DNA of 64,000 nucleotides from Octopus sinensis (Eukaryota): NCBI RefSeq assembly GCF_006345805.1, contig NC_042998.1, positions 136,958,001 to 137,022,000 of the forward strand, read 5' to 3'. Shown piece by piece: positions 26,465 to 38,819 of this stretch (position 1 is its first letter; each line of letters starts with the position of its first letter). The notes under the pieces were generated by a model. It saw only the letters and a program-made list of their open reading frames with translations, ran no database searches and was not told where the DNA came from. The position numbers and the translations under genes were made by a program.

Positions 26465-29380
26465 TCTTTTATTACCCACAAAGGGGGCCAACAAAGAAGG
26501 GACAATATAATCTGATTTTGGGGTCAGATGAACGAATGATTATACAAGAAAGATGACAACAAATTCACACAAATACGAAAATATAATAAAATCGAATGAT
26601 AAGACAGACCGGAAGACATTACGGATGGAGTGTCGGGGCGGATTTTATTCGGATCACACGAGCCCCGCCTCGCCACTGATACCTGATTTACATCCTGTGT
26701 CGCATTCATGAGGTTCCATCCACACGCAACATCCGTGCTGCATTCTTCCATCGATCTTCAAACATTTTCGCAGTCAGGCATTTTCTCTCTAGCCTTATTT
26801 TCCTTTTAAGGTGAAAGGTGAAGTAATTCACCAATTCAGAGCCAGAGATGAAATTGCCTGACTCTAACCCTTTCAGCCTCGTTTTCCAAATTACCTCTCT
26901 CGCAATTGCTACTACAATGAGAAAACATTTCTTACCTTCTTTCGAGAGGAAATCAGGCGGGTCAATTTTTACAATAGACGCAGTCGACAGCTGTATTCTT
27001 CGTGCACTTGACAACAGTTGTTCAGCATAAACCCACACATCTGACACCTCCGAACATTGAACAGTAGCATACGGGACGGTTTCCCTATCCCGCTCACATC
27101 TTGGACAGGTCGAAGGGCCGTGGCCACCATGCCTTGTGAGCTTGTCCCGAACAGGTAAGGCTCCTCTGTAACATTGCCATGCCAGAGACTGCTGAAAGTT
27201 ATCCAGGGTCTTCGGCCCGAATGTACGTTGGAACAGACTGGTCAGCTGATTATCGTCAAGACCTAGGGTTTCCCCTGAGGTATCGTCACATTCCGCCTCT
27301 AACAGCCCTCTATAAAAGAATGTGGTGGAACCCCCACCGCAGGCATTGCTCGAGCGACGGAATAGCATGAGAGCCTTGCGACACTCCATGAACCATGTAC
27401 CCAACTTCGATCTTCGATAGAACCAGGATTCCCGTCCACTGAAACTAGTGAACCTGGGAAACATACGTTTCGCCAGTGGAGACCACACTCGTTCACCATC
27501 CTCAGCGCATCAACAGCCAAGGCATCCCTAGCCCACCCTTTAACGGTTGTTGGCAGCAAGTAGAGCGTTTCACAAGCGGTTTCGAGCCCTTCCACAAAAA
27601 GTGGAAGAGTTGTCTTTCCAGCTTGGTCAACCACGAATCAGGGCAAGGAACGACGGTTAGGCGGTTGGTGATGACCGATGCGATGAACACATTGGCTACC
27701 ACCGCCCTCCCTTTCAAGGATAGCCACCGCCAAGACTAGGTCTTGACTATGTGAGTCACCCTGCTAGATATCTCGGACCAGTTCTTCTCTATTTGGAGGT
27801 CTGGTCCAAACCAAACCCCTAGCAACTTAATCGGACCCTCCGTCCAACGTCCCACAATGCTGTCAGGAGGCATCAACTTGCCTCTCCAGGTGCCGGGCTG
27901 CAAGCCGACTGACTTTTCACGATTAACGTTTGCTCCTGCCACCGTCTCGTAAACCTTAATGGCCTTGGTGATCCATTTCGGTTACGATTATGGTGATGTC
28001 ATCCGCGTAAGCTGAAACCGACTTTCCACGACCTGGCTGTCTCGGGATGCCGCTCAATTTTCGTAGTAATGGCTCAAGAGCCATCACGTACAAAAGCGGT
28101 TGATGTTGAACGGCCTTGATAAAAAATCGTTCACCAGAACTGCGGAGCCGACGTTGTCATAAATCTGAATGATCCACCTGAGAAAGCCAAGACCCAGGCC
28201 GAACTGTGCCAGGACGGACACCAGGCAGCGAGGGTCAACCCTATCAAAAGCCTTAGATTGGTCTAAATGGACCAGTGCCCCACCCTTGCCAGAATCACTA
28301 TTAAACCCCTCCAAAGTGTACCACATAAGATGGAGATTATCCTGGATGGTTCTGTCGGGAACAGCACATGTCTGTGCCTCCCCGATCAGACCATCCGCGA
28401 CACGCGCCAATCTTTTCGATAACACTTTGGTCAAAATCTTCAACACTGTTACCCGCGCCTTACCCACACCGTAGTCTGCCATGGCCTCAATTACTTCCTC
28501 AGGTGTGATCGGCTCTTCGCAGCCCTCCGCGTACCGCCCCGATAGGCGCGGCAGCCCGGCGAGGAAGTCCGTTAGGTCCCTCCTACTATCCGGTCCGCCG
28601 CCCCTACCGAAAAGCTGGGCGAAGTACTCCTGAAAAGCCTCACGCATCTCCTCGGGTTCGCCTATCAACTTCACTTGTTGGTTCGTCGAAGATCGGATTG
28701 TGGCATCATTACTACGTTGGGCATCCACTTATCGAGCCCATCCTGCGGCCTTGATTCCCTCACAAGCCACTGCACGAAGCCTAGCCCTGACAATGCAACC
28801 CATGTGTTTGGCCTCAAGGTGCTGGTTTAATGCCAGTCTCTTGGCCTTCACCTGAGCCGCAGAGCCAGTTTTCATAGCTTCCTCTCAATCCTTAACTAAA
28901 ATTGATTCCCTCCTAGCCTCTCTAGTCACTAAAACTATGCTATATCTAATAGACTCAAATTTTATGGCTCGCTTGAGGGCATACCACCATTTATTATTAA
29001 TAATGGAACTAGTTAATGCCCTCTGAATCAACATCCTAATCCGGTCTCTGTACTCCTTAAGCGCCAAGAGGGACGTATTAAGTTTCCAGTAGCCAGAGCC
29101 TCTTTTATATAACTTATCTATGTCAAGCTTAGAGGTGACCGTTTAATGATCACTGTAGCTGACCGGGTGAAACTGTGGACACTTAGCTATCTTTCTATCT
29201 GCTTTTCTAATTAGCACTCTATCTATGTATGACCTGGAAGATCCGTCGCTATTTGACCATGTCCACAATGGAGCGTTCGGATATTCCAACCTATATGGAT
29301 CTGCTTGCTCAAAGCGGCTTAGAAGTTCAAGGAAGCCATGGTAACCTTTTCTATTTGGACACGAGTCACAGGTGAGAACG
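26465..29380 (-). mobile_element. Tx1/L1-like non-LTR retrotransposon, decayed ORF2
   Basis: APE end WTWSN..SYIDRVL..YSDH. RT motifs LDQSKAFDRVD and AYADD (about 28000). C-terminal zinc-finger region LPVRDKL..CPRC..ETV. Confidence 0.85.
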
Positions 29381-29949
29381 AGAAAGATGTATGCATTTCC
29401 ATTTTTTTTCACAAAAATTGGCTTCAAAAGCCTTTCACAAAAATTGGCTTAAAAGCCACAAGATATAGTAACAATAATTCCCCCGCAGGGAGGAATTTCA
29501 ACAAGTAGCTTCCAAAGAAAGCAAACAACAGTTTTTTTTCAACAAAACAATAACAATAATTCACAGTAACAATATTCACAGAGAAAAAAATTGAAACGTA
29601 CCAACAACAGGAGAGACTAAATAAGCAACTTGTGCGAGAGAACAGACATTACATACTCCCCAAAATTCACATAGATACTGAATGCTACTTAATAAGCATA
29701 TAATTTAATCTAAAAGCCATGGTAAAGAGTATGTGAACAGCTCCATCTGGACTATTTCATTTCTGCACTTTAATTTAATTTTTAATTTTTAATTTTTTAA
29801 TTTACTTCCATTCATGTAAAACCACATATTCGAGTTCAAGTCCTTGATACATTTTATACTAATTGCTATTTTTACTTTTAATTGTTATATTACGATTTAA
29901 TTATTATACTTTAGTTTGATTTTAATTACCGCTTACTATATTTAATTCA

Positions 29950-32900
29950 ATTGTCTCTAACTTTTATTGTTATTTTTATTTATCAGTTTCTTACGGAACG
30001 TCGAGTGGATCTTATGCGTACACGCTGGTATTGCATCAGCGAATTTATTCAACATTGCATTGTTATAATTTTTCAATAAAATATATGCTTCCCTTATGCA
30101 CAAACTGCATCTAATGGACCCAATTCTATATGGGGAGGCATGTGCAAGGATAGCCCACGATAATTCAAATGCAACATTCCTTTCCTTAAGGTCATTTACG
30201 TATGATGCCAATGTCGTAGATGTCCTTTATTTAGGATTGTTAAAAGTGCTCAGGTGGGATCGATATCTCTGCTTGAAGTCTATTGAACTACCGAGTCTCA
30301 ACACGACATTTATAAATCACATTTTCCTGGCGACAATTTCCGTTAATCAGACATACTGATGGGTCCTTACAATTACACTTCTTCAGCCTGTTACGGGATC
30401 AAGAATTACTGATCACTCCGAACCCTTGCCCCCTCCCAATACTATGATCCACCATATTATTTACACCATCGTTCGTGCTATTTTCAGGTATATTTATTCT
30501 ATTATTATTCTTACTATTACCATCATTATTATTATTACTAATATTTTTATTACCATTATCACTACTATTATCACTATTATTACCACCATCATACCCATTA
30601 TCATCACTAATATCATTATTATGATTACCCCTACTACTATTTGCATTATTTGTTATTCCAACACCCCCTTCGTAATCGATTTCAGAAGACGTACTATTAC
30701 TATTACTATTATTTTCTGTCATTGATGAATTTCCCATTAAAGCTTTTGTCATCATTTCTATCATTATAGTGCCTTATTTTGCTTTTGTTCAACGAAGCAA
30801 TAATAGACCCGATATTGGGAGTGACCGAGTAAGCCAGCTTGATTGTTGACTTGTTACGTATTGAATAGTATTTATGGTGTTTTGGGGAAATTTTCCTTCA
30901 ATAACTTTAAAAATAGCTTTGGTAAACCTTTCACTCTTAAAGAAAAGGGAGGGGCAAACCAAATAACTTGACGAATCCTAGACTTAGTATTAATAATGGG
31001 ATTACAATATGTTGCTTGACTTGATGTACTAAATGTAAGGCCATTCCTGTTTCTATTACTCTTTACTCTTTTACTCTTTTACTTGTTTCAGTCATTTGAC
31101 TGCGGCCATGCTGGAGCACCGCCTTTAGTCGAGCAAATCGACCCCGGGACTTATTCTTTGTAAGGCCAGTACTTATTCTATCGGTCTTTTGCCGAACCGC
31201 TAAGTGACGGGGACGTAAACATACCAGCATCGGTTGTCAAGCAATGCTAGGGGGACAAACACAAACACACACACATACATATATATATACATATATACGA
31301 CAGGCTTCTTTCAGTTTCCGTCTACCAAATCCACTCACAAGGCATTGGTCGGCCCGGGGCTATAGCAGAAGACAGTTACCCAAGATGCCACGCAGTGGGA
31401 CTGAACCCGGAACCATGTGGTTTGTAAGCAAGCTACTTACCACACAGCCACTCCTACGCCTATATTATTATTATTTTTATTTATATTTATATTTTTTATT
31501 ACTATTAGTATTATTTTTATTTCTATTCCTATTTTCACCTTCATTAGACTTAAGCCCAACTTTAAACCTCAATTCACATTTATGATTCCTATTATTAGCA
31601 TCCCGTCCCTCCCGTCGCTGTTATCATCCATGATATTTACATCATTACAATTCTTATTATTAATCTTATTAACGTTGTTACCATTTACAAAACCAACCAT
31701 ATCACATTTATTCCTCGTATTTCTAAACCCCATTTTATCAGCATAAATATTGGTCTTTATCGACTTGTTGCGGGCTCCATGAGGATCATGAGGGGAGCTT
31801 CTGCCATCCGAAATCCGTTTCGTATCGTCCCTGACTATGCTGGCCAATTTAATTTTTTATTTTGTATTGTGTATGTATTCAATGTTATAATAATTTTAAG
31901 GCATTATTGTATATTGGGGCATATTGATTAAAAATGTTTTCATTCGCCGATAGGTTTGAGATTCTGATAGAAATTGCAGTTATAATGCTATTGATGGTTG
32001 ATTTGGGATGATTTGAGGAAACATTGATATATTGGAAAGTTTGGTTTGGTTTTCGGAATAGGTAGTGTAAGCTAGTATTCAGATCGAAAGTGATGTCTAA
32101 GAAATTTGCCACTTTAGGACTCAAAAACGATGCTCAAATTATAAAAGTCCTTCAGAAACTCCCTAAGGTCCTTCTTTATTCTTTCAATCTGAAATGAACA
32201 ATGCATCATCCCTATAAATCCCTCCAGATAGAGATGGGGAAAACCGCTTAATCTTGTCCAACAGAAATAGACCAACAACATCCGTTATTTGAACCGAGTC
32301 CAAAGATCCCATGGTAATGTCGAATAAGTTAAAAGAATCTGATTTTGACCAGTGATGCTTTCCATAATTTATCAGGGTCATTCTTGCTGCTTGAATAATA
32401 TCAACATCTAGATTCGATATTTCAACAAAATTTCTGGCGAAAATGATTGCTTTATTCAGTAAGATGTGGGAGATTGAGGAGTAGTAATTGGAAACATCAA
32501 ATTGTACAAATGAAGATGAGTCATCACATTTAATTGTGTGAAACCAATATAAAACATCATTGGAACATTTCCATAAGGGTAACATCGTCCTTTATCTTAT
32601 CACCGGAATGATTCTATCCAATATGGATTTGCTGATCCTACCCAAGTCAGATTTGGTTGGGCAAATTAATCGTATTGACGGTTTGGCAAGAAAATCTTGT
32701 TTATGGTCCTTTAGGGTGCAATGCGGGGTCACGAATTCCTAATTTTGAAATTAAGTCATAATGTCTATTATTAATGTCGGTAAGAGCTGATTTCTTGGCG
32801 ATTTTGTATTTAGCGTGCAGCTCTTTGGATATCAATTTATCATAAGTTTCATAAGGCACTGAGTAAATATTCCCTGTTTTATCAGAAAGAATGTGTAGAT

Positions 32901-33590
32901 TGGGATCGTCCTTCAGTTTAGCTATTGTATGTTGTAATTGATTTTGGAAAGCATTCGTATATTTGCAGTATTTAAAGTTCGTAATCATATATATTATGTC
33001 CTTTTCAAATTTAGCAAGGTCGGGATTTGGTGGTGCATTTTTATATGACTTGTAGAATTCCGAATCTTCAGTTTGGTTAGAAGTGCTGGTCTTCATGGTT
33101 TCATCCTTCCACTTCAAGTTTCTGGACTTATCAAAATAAAAAGCACGCCACATAAGTCTAGATATAATTTCACTGGTCTTATTCAGGAGAGATTCCATGT
33201 ATAAGTTCCTCGATGGAATAGGAATATTCCTGGTAGAAACGCCCAAGTATTACTTCTCCATTAAATCCAATCTGTATTGTAGCGCTCCAAAGAGTCAAAT
33301 ATATAGATCGCTAGTGACAACAACACTCAAAATATGTAACAAACTGGAATTGTAGTGCTCGGGAGGCAATGTTATTATATGTTTAAGCGTCGGACTTTAT
33401 ATCTGTTCTGTAGATGTAAATGAATATATAAATATATGTATGTGTTTGATCTTTCCGTGGATTTTGTAATGTTCCTTTAGCTGCTGCTCACATTGCCTCC
33501 TCTCGGATTAATAAGAGTATACAGCTCATTTGAGCACTACAATTCCAGTGTGTTATATATTTTGAGTGTTGTTGTCACTAGCAATTTTGT
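29950..33590 (-). mobile_element. Penelope-like retroelement, probably Naiad clade, decayed
   Basis: Motifs NIPIP..LMWRAFYF, QFDVSNYYSSI, GIYRDD, FLDITFDL, YINVSSNHP, CNC and CSLCIRE. Inverted repeat 33311-33360 vs 33532-33581. Confidence 0.75.
31056..31460 (-). mobile_element. Family-B SINE inserted in the Penelope-like element
   Basis: Reverse complement of the 52966-53358 consensus. Confidence 0.8.
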
Positions 33591-33596
33591 AATTTA

Positions 33597-33640
<44 letters not shown>

Positions 33641-35979
33641 GCTACCTTATTTGGCTGAGTTTTCGTTTGGTATTTGGCAGTGCTGCCCGCATCTGTACTT
33701 CATACCGAGACTTTGGTTTTCTTCAGCCCAGTTGTATATTATTGGGTTGGTGCATAATTATTGCGGCTTGTTTTCTACAAATTTTATTCACCAAATACAA
33801 TATCAATATTTAACAAAAACATTAAATGACGGTCTGACTATCTGCCAAGCAAATGGCAAGCATTAATTGAAATAGATGGTGAATATGCTCCGGAATAATA
33901 ATAAGATGTTTTGTTAAATGTTGTTATTGTTTTTGTTGAATAAAAGTTGTTTTAAAAAAGCCGCAGTAATTATGCACCGACCCAGTACATTTAGGTCCAG
34001 CTGTAATCTCAAACCATCCTGACGAGAGGAGTGTCAATTTCAAATATATGTTTCATATTAATTGGCGCGTCTCCGAAATGATGAACATTTTTGTATTTAG
34101 GGATTTTTGTAATTTTGTATATTTATCTTTTCTGTATTTTCTCTGGAATTTTAATACATCATTTTAATATGGCATTGTATGTTGTATTACCCCAAATTTT
34201 TAATTTAACAAATTTTTACCGAATGTTTTATGATTTTAAGAGCAAATTCAATGTGCTAAATATGCAACACTGATTCTTATATATTTTTACATATTTTTAT
34301 ATGATGTTTATATATTACTATATTTTTAAACGTCGGACTTTAAATCTGTTCTGTAGATATAAATGAATATATGAATATATGTATGTGTTTGATCTTTCTG
34401 TGGATTTTGTAATGTTCCTTTAGTTGCTGCTCACATTGCCTCCCCTCGGATTAATAAGTGTATACAGCTCATTTGAGCACTACAATTTCAGTCTTAGATA
34501 TTATATATTTTGAGTGTTGTTGTCACAAACGATCTCAAGATATAACTTTGTATTTTGTAATTTGTATATATATATATATTTAAAAGGCCTGTTATAAACA
34601 GCAGTAGTCTACAAACAGAACCGTGAGAAATTGCCACTGAGAATGTGTGTCTTTCGAGAGAGCAACATTATCTACAACTGCCTGACTTCTGTCTTTCAGG
34701 AAGTGATTCAGCCACACTCCCAGTTTACCGTTTATGCCAGTGTCTCGTGTCATGATCCACCTTGTCAAAGGCCCTTGCGAAGTCAAGATATACTACATCG
34801 ACATTTGAATGATCGAATAACTTGCATCAAAACCCCTGGAAGTTCAGTAAGTCAAAGGTATTTCATTTTCTTCTAAGAAAGTTGTCTGACAATTCGTCTA
34901 AAGACTTTGCTTATAAGAGAAGTTAGAAGGATAGACATGTAGATTTTAGCCTGTGGTCTGGTCCCGTTTGTATCGTTAGGGTATATATATACATATACAT
35001 ATACATACATACATACATACATACATACATACATACATACATACATACATACATACATACATACATACATACATGGTTGTCCTCATTATTCGTGATAAGC
35101 GGTTATATTTCTATTTTAAGATCTGTTCATCAAATTATGTGCTGACAAGTCATTTTTATTCTTTCTACTAAACTGGATGCTTTATTTTCGACTTCTGTTC
35201 CTTAAAGTATATCAAACAGTTGGACTAGAGATCACGAGCGCTCGATTATGCCAGGGGTGATGAAAAGCAGACACAGAATAAATAAGGCAGTACTTATCCC
35301 CGAAGAGTGTTGTTTTCTTAATGTTCTTGCGTGCCCAATCTATTCATTCGGTACGATCGAAACATCATTTCCGATGAAGGGTACTGTCCAAATAAAGTTA
35401 GGTATTTCATTTTCCTCGCGGCAAAATCAATGGATTACATTTTTAACAGCTATCTTCATAATAATCTTTTGCACAATGAAAGCAATGTCGCATTTAATTA
35501 CCTAAGTTAGCTTCTTGGCTTTATAAATACTTATAATAATTTTGCATTTTTATAATGTATAAAATGTCCTAATTTACATTAAAATTTACTCAGTCGACCT
35601 ATCCCCAATCATTTAAATGAACTTGGTCCATATATATCTCACTTTCAGTTTGTTCTTACACCCTAAAACCTCCAAGTAGAATTCTTAGTTCAATAATTTT
35701 GAAAACACAGAGTAAACTGTGATTACTACATTCTCTGAGAAATTATTAAACTTAAATATTGTTTTGTGCTCACAGAATATAAAAGGATGTTCTATGACGT
35801 TTATACTTATATCCTGAAAATAAGTAGTAATAAGGAAAAACGTTCTTATAATAATCTGAACAGGAGTTCGGTATTTGGCTACAGTTATTACACTTCTCCA
35901 TAAAAATACAATGTTGGCAGAAACAATGTCGATCATATAAATAAATACAAACAAATTTGATATGCTTTCATATTTTATT

Positions 35980-36026
35980 TTAACAAATGTTAGATTCAGG
36001 TTTCAGTTCATTGGGATTAAAATCGC
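35980..36026 (-). CDS. OctTK-II: OctTK-II terminal coding exon (GDFNPNELKPESNIC-stop), giving a 92-aa precursor
   Basis: On the minus strand: poly-T tract plus CAG acceptor, phase-1 join G|GC, TAA at 35982-35980, AATAAA immediately after. Agrees with my recollection of the OctTK-II precursor C-terminus (not verified here). Confidence 0.8.
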
Positions 36027-36192
36027 CTGAAAAAGAAAAAAAAAACAAAAGCAATAAGATTTTGTATGTTTTCCTCTCCCTCACAACCGTCCCAACTTTC
36101 TTTAGACCTGTTTGTGTTTATGTGTGTATGTGTGTATTTGTGTGTACTTGTGTATGTGTATTTGTGTGTATGTGTATTTGTGTGAGTGAGTA

Positions 36193-36225
<33 letters not shown>

Positions 36226-37810
36226 TATGTGAACGTATTCACAATAGTAGTGTATAGCACAGCCCGGCGCCGAACTCTTTATATAATAAACCGGAGTAAT
36301 AAAAGAAGGAAGAGAGATAGTGGTTAATGTTTAAAATGATATGAGGGACAGAAAGGACGCCGAAACATTAGATCCCTATGTTGGTAACACCGATATATAA
36401 TAGGGGCGACAAGCAAAAGTTCGAAACAAGCTAATTTCTTTCTCGTCAATAACGGGAAACCTGGTGACAGAATGAAAAGCAAAACCAAAAGAAGCGCCGT
36501 GATGGGAAAGGGTGAGAGAGATTTAATCATATTTTAGTTTCGGTGGAGACATAGTTGTATAGTCGGGAAAAAAATTTTGAAAGCAATAGAATTTGTGGTG
36601 TCATTGTATTTTAAATTCATAGTTTTTAATGCTGCATTCGACAACATCTAAAGAAAAGCGCTATAGAAGATGATGTAAGTAATAACCGTGGATCCCAATC
36701 AAGTGCAAATAAAAGAAGCGATATTCGATAATAATGTTTGTACTCCGAGAGAACGAAAAGTCACATGAAAAAGTTTCTTATTCACTCATGCACTCTCCAA
36801 AAGTATTAGGTATCTGGATGACACGACCCATGTATCCACTGTTGTTGCTATGACAAATTCAGTATATCCACGAAGCCGTTAAACATGAGGCACAGATACA
36901 AACGCCTTGAAGTGCCAGATCCTGTCATGGAGCAATGACATTGTCCCACTGGCGGCTTCTAAAGTAGACCAGTTTAGGTTTCTCGACAGTATAATACCAA
37001 ATGGATAAGCAGATCTAAAAGGACGGATTGTAACCATCGCCTTAAATGATTGGGAAGTTATGAAACGGGATCTAAAACCTACAGGATACCCACCAGCGAC
37101 TCAGTGCTCGACTGTACAACGACCTTATTCCCCTAATTGCAAATTACGTCTCAGAATTGCGGATTTTACATCTGAAGAAACACCTACATGAAACGCTTTG
37201 AAATGTAGTTTTTTTTTAGAGTAAATATATCATTACAAGACAGGCGAAGATATCTTTCCATAAGAAACGCTCTTCACATGACATACATCGTTGCCGATGT
37301 AATGAGAAGGAATTGTTCAGCGTTCATCGGCAGACTCATAAGGATTAACAAATATATCTTTGATTCTAAAACAGCATTTCTCAGAAAATCTAAGATAAAT
37401 TTAAAATAGCAAAAATGCTGTTATAAAATCTGCGTTTCGAAGAAAGTGTATGAGGTTCTAATTTCTTGGAAGAATATTTACTTACAGTAATATTGGTTCC
37501 TAATAGGTTTTCCAAAGTGATCTCTATAACTGAAGAACCAAATTTAAAAATGCATAGCTACTTCTTAACAAAACACTCTTGGGTTATTACTTTCTGAATT
37601 TGTTGAATGGTATATTTAATTCAGAAATCGATGAAAACATTCTACAGTAGTCTGCCTTTATGTAAAATACAAATAACAAATTATTAGAAAGACAATTCAA
37701 GAATCTCTGTGTACTTATTTATATCAGCTTTGAATCTAATCTTCAAATTAAAACATAAAGTCATAATACGTTTCATTGGATACGTTACCTGGTAAAGATT
37801 TTCAGAACGC

Positions 37811-38302
37811 TCATGAACTCTTTTCCCTCAAACGCTTTTTATCATTTTCCTTTCGTTTTCCACATTTCTTTGCTTTTCGACAACCACGTCCTTTCTTGCA
37901 AGGTCTCATTCTATGTTGGATACATTTGTTTAGTGAATTATCATCTGCTGCGTTATCCTGAATATTATCCACAACACCAGCATGCGGAGTATCGTTATCA
38001 CTCACAACACCGTCATACGGAGTATCGTTATAACTCTCAACACCAGCATACGGAGTATCGTTATAACTCCCAACACCGGCATACGGAGTATCGTTATAAC
38101 TCCCAACACCGGCATACGGAGTATCGTTATAACTCACAACACCGTCATACGGAGTATCGTTATCACTCCCAACACCGGCATACGGAGTATCGTTATCACT
38201 CCCAACAATGTCATTTCGTTTTTCTAGAGAGAACGCATCACCACCACTTTCCAGAAATATAACCAGGAGGACTGCATAAATCAAACAAACAATTCTGCTC
38301 AT
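37811..38302 (-). CDS. Unrecognised secreted precursor, 163 aa: signal peptide, FSLEKR, 7 x 11-aa acidic repeats, cationic 4-Cys peptide with GKR
   Basis: Open frame from AAC-ATG (MSRIVCLIYAVLLVIFLESGGDA). Two TATAAAA boxes about 50-70 bp upstream. Donor CAG|GTAACG about 20 bp after the stop. In-frame upstream ATGs at 38347 and 38311. Confidence 0.8.
   Translation of the reverse strand: MSRIVCLIYAVLLVIFLESGGDAFSLEKRNDIVGSDNDTPYAGVGSDNDTPYDGVVSYNDTPYAGVGSYNDTPYAGVGSYNDTPYAGVESYNDTPYDGVVSDNDTPHAGVVDNIQDNAADDNSLNKCIQHRMRPCKKGRGCRKAKKCGKRKENDKKRLREKSS
37970..38202 (-). repeat. Coding minisatellite, 7 x 33 bp
   Basis: Encodes S[DY]NDTP[YH][AD]GV[GVE] seven times. Confidence 0.9.
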
Positions 38303-38532
38303 GTTAAACATTTCGATGGAGAAATGACTTGTTGTTGTCTGTTTCATCTCACTTTTATATCATTTTATATCATTGATTCTGTCATTCGTCTGCAACATTC
38401 CCAAGTCGAACGTGTGTTTGACTGCTGTTTTATTAATCCTTTGCTACACCATCGTGCATCAGTAAGCAATGTCAAACCAGCTTATATTGCATATATTGTT
38501 GATACATCTGCTGATCCCAGACGCGTGCATGC

Positions 38533-38811
38533 ATGGCAGAAACGTTAGCATGCAGGGCGAAATGCTATGCAGTATTTCGTCTGTCGTACGTTCTGAGTTC
38601 AAATTCCGCCGAGGTCGACTTTGCCTTTCATCCTTTCGGGGTCGATTAAATAAGTACCAGTTACGCACTGGGGTCGATGTAATTGATTTAATCCGTTTAT
38701 CTGTCCTTGATGTCTTCTCTATGTTTGGCCCTTGTGGGTAGTAAAGAAATAGGTATTTCGTCTGTCGAAGGCGGTGAGCTGGCAAAAACGTTAGCACGAT
38801 GGCTAGATGCT
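38533..38811 (+). mobile_element. Family-A SINE segment, a copy of 12173-12452
   Basis: Shares private variants and the same SINE-SINE junction with 12173-12452. Confidence 0.8.
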
Positions 38812-38819
38812 TATATGGC

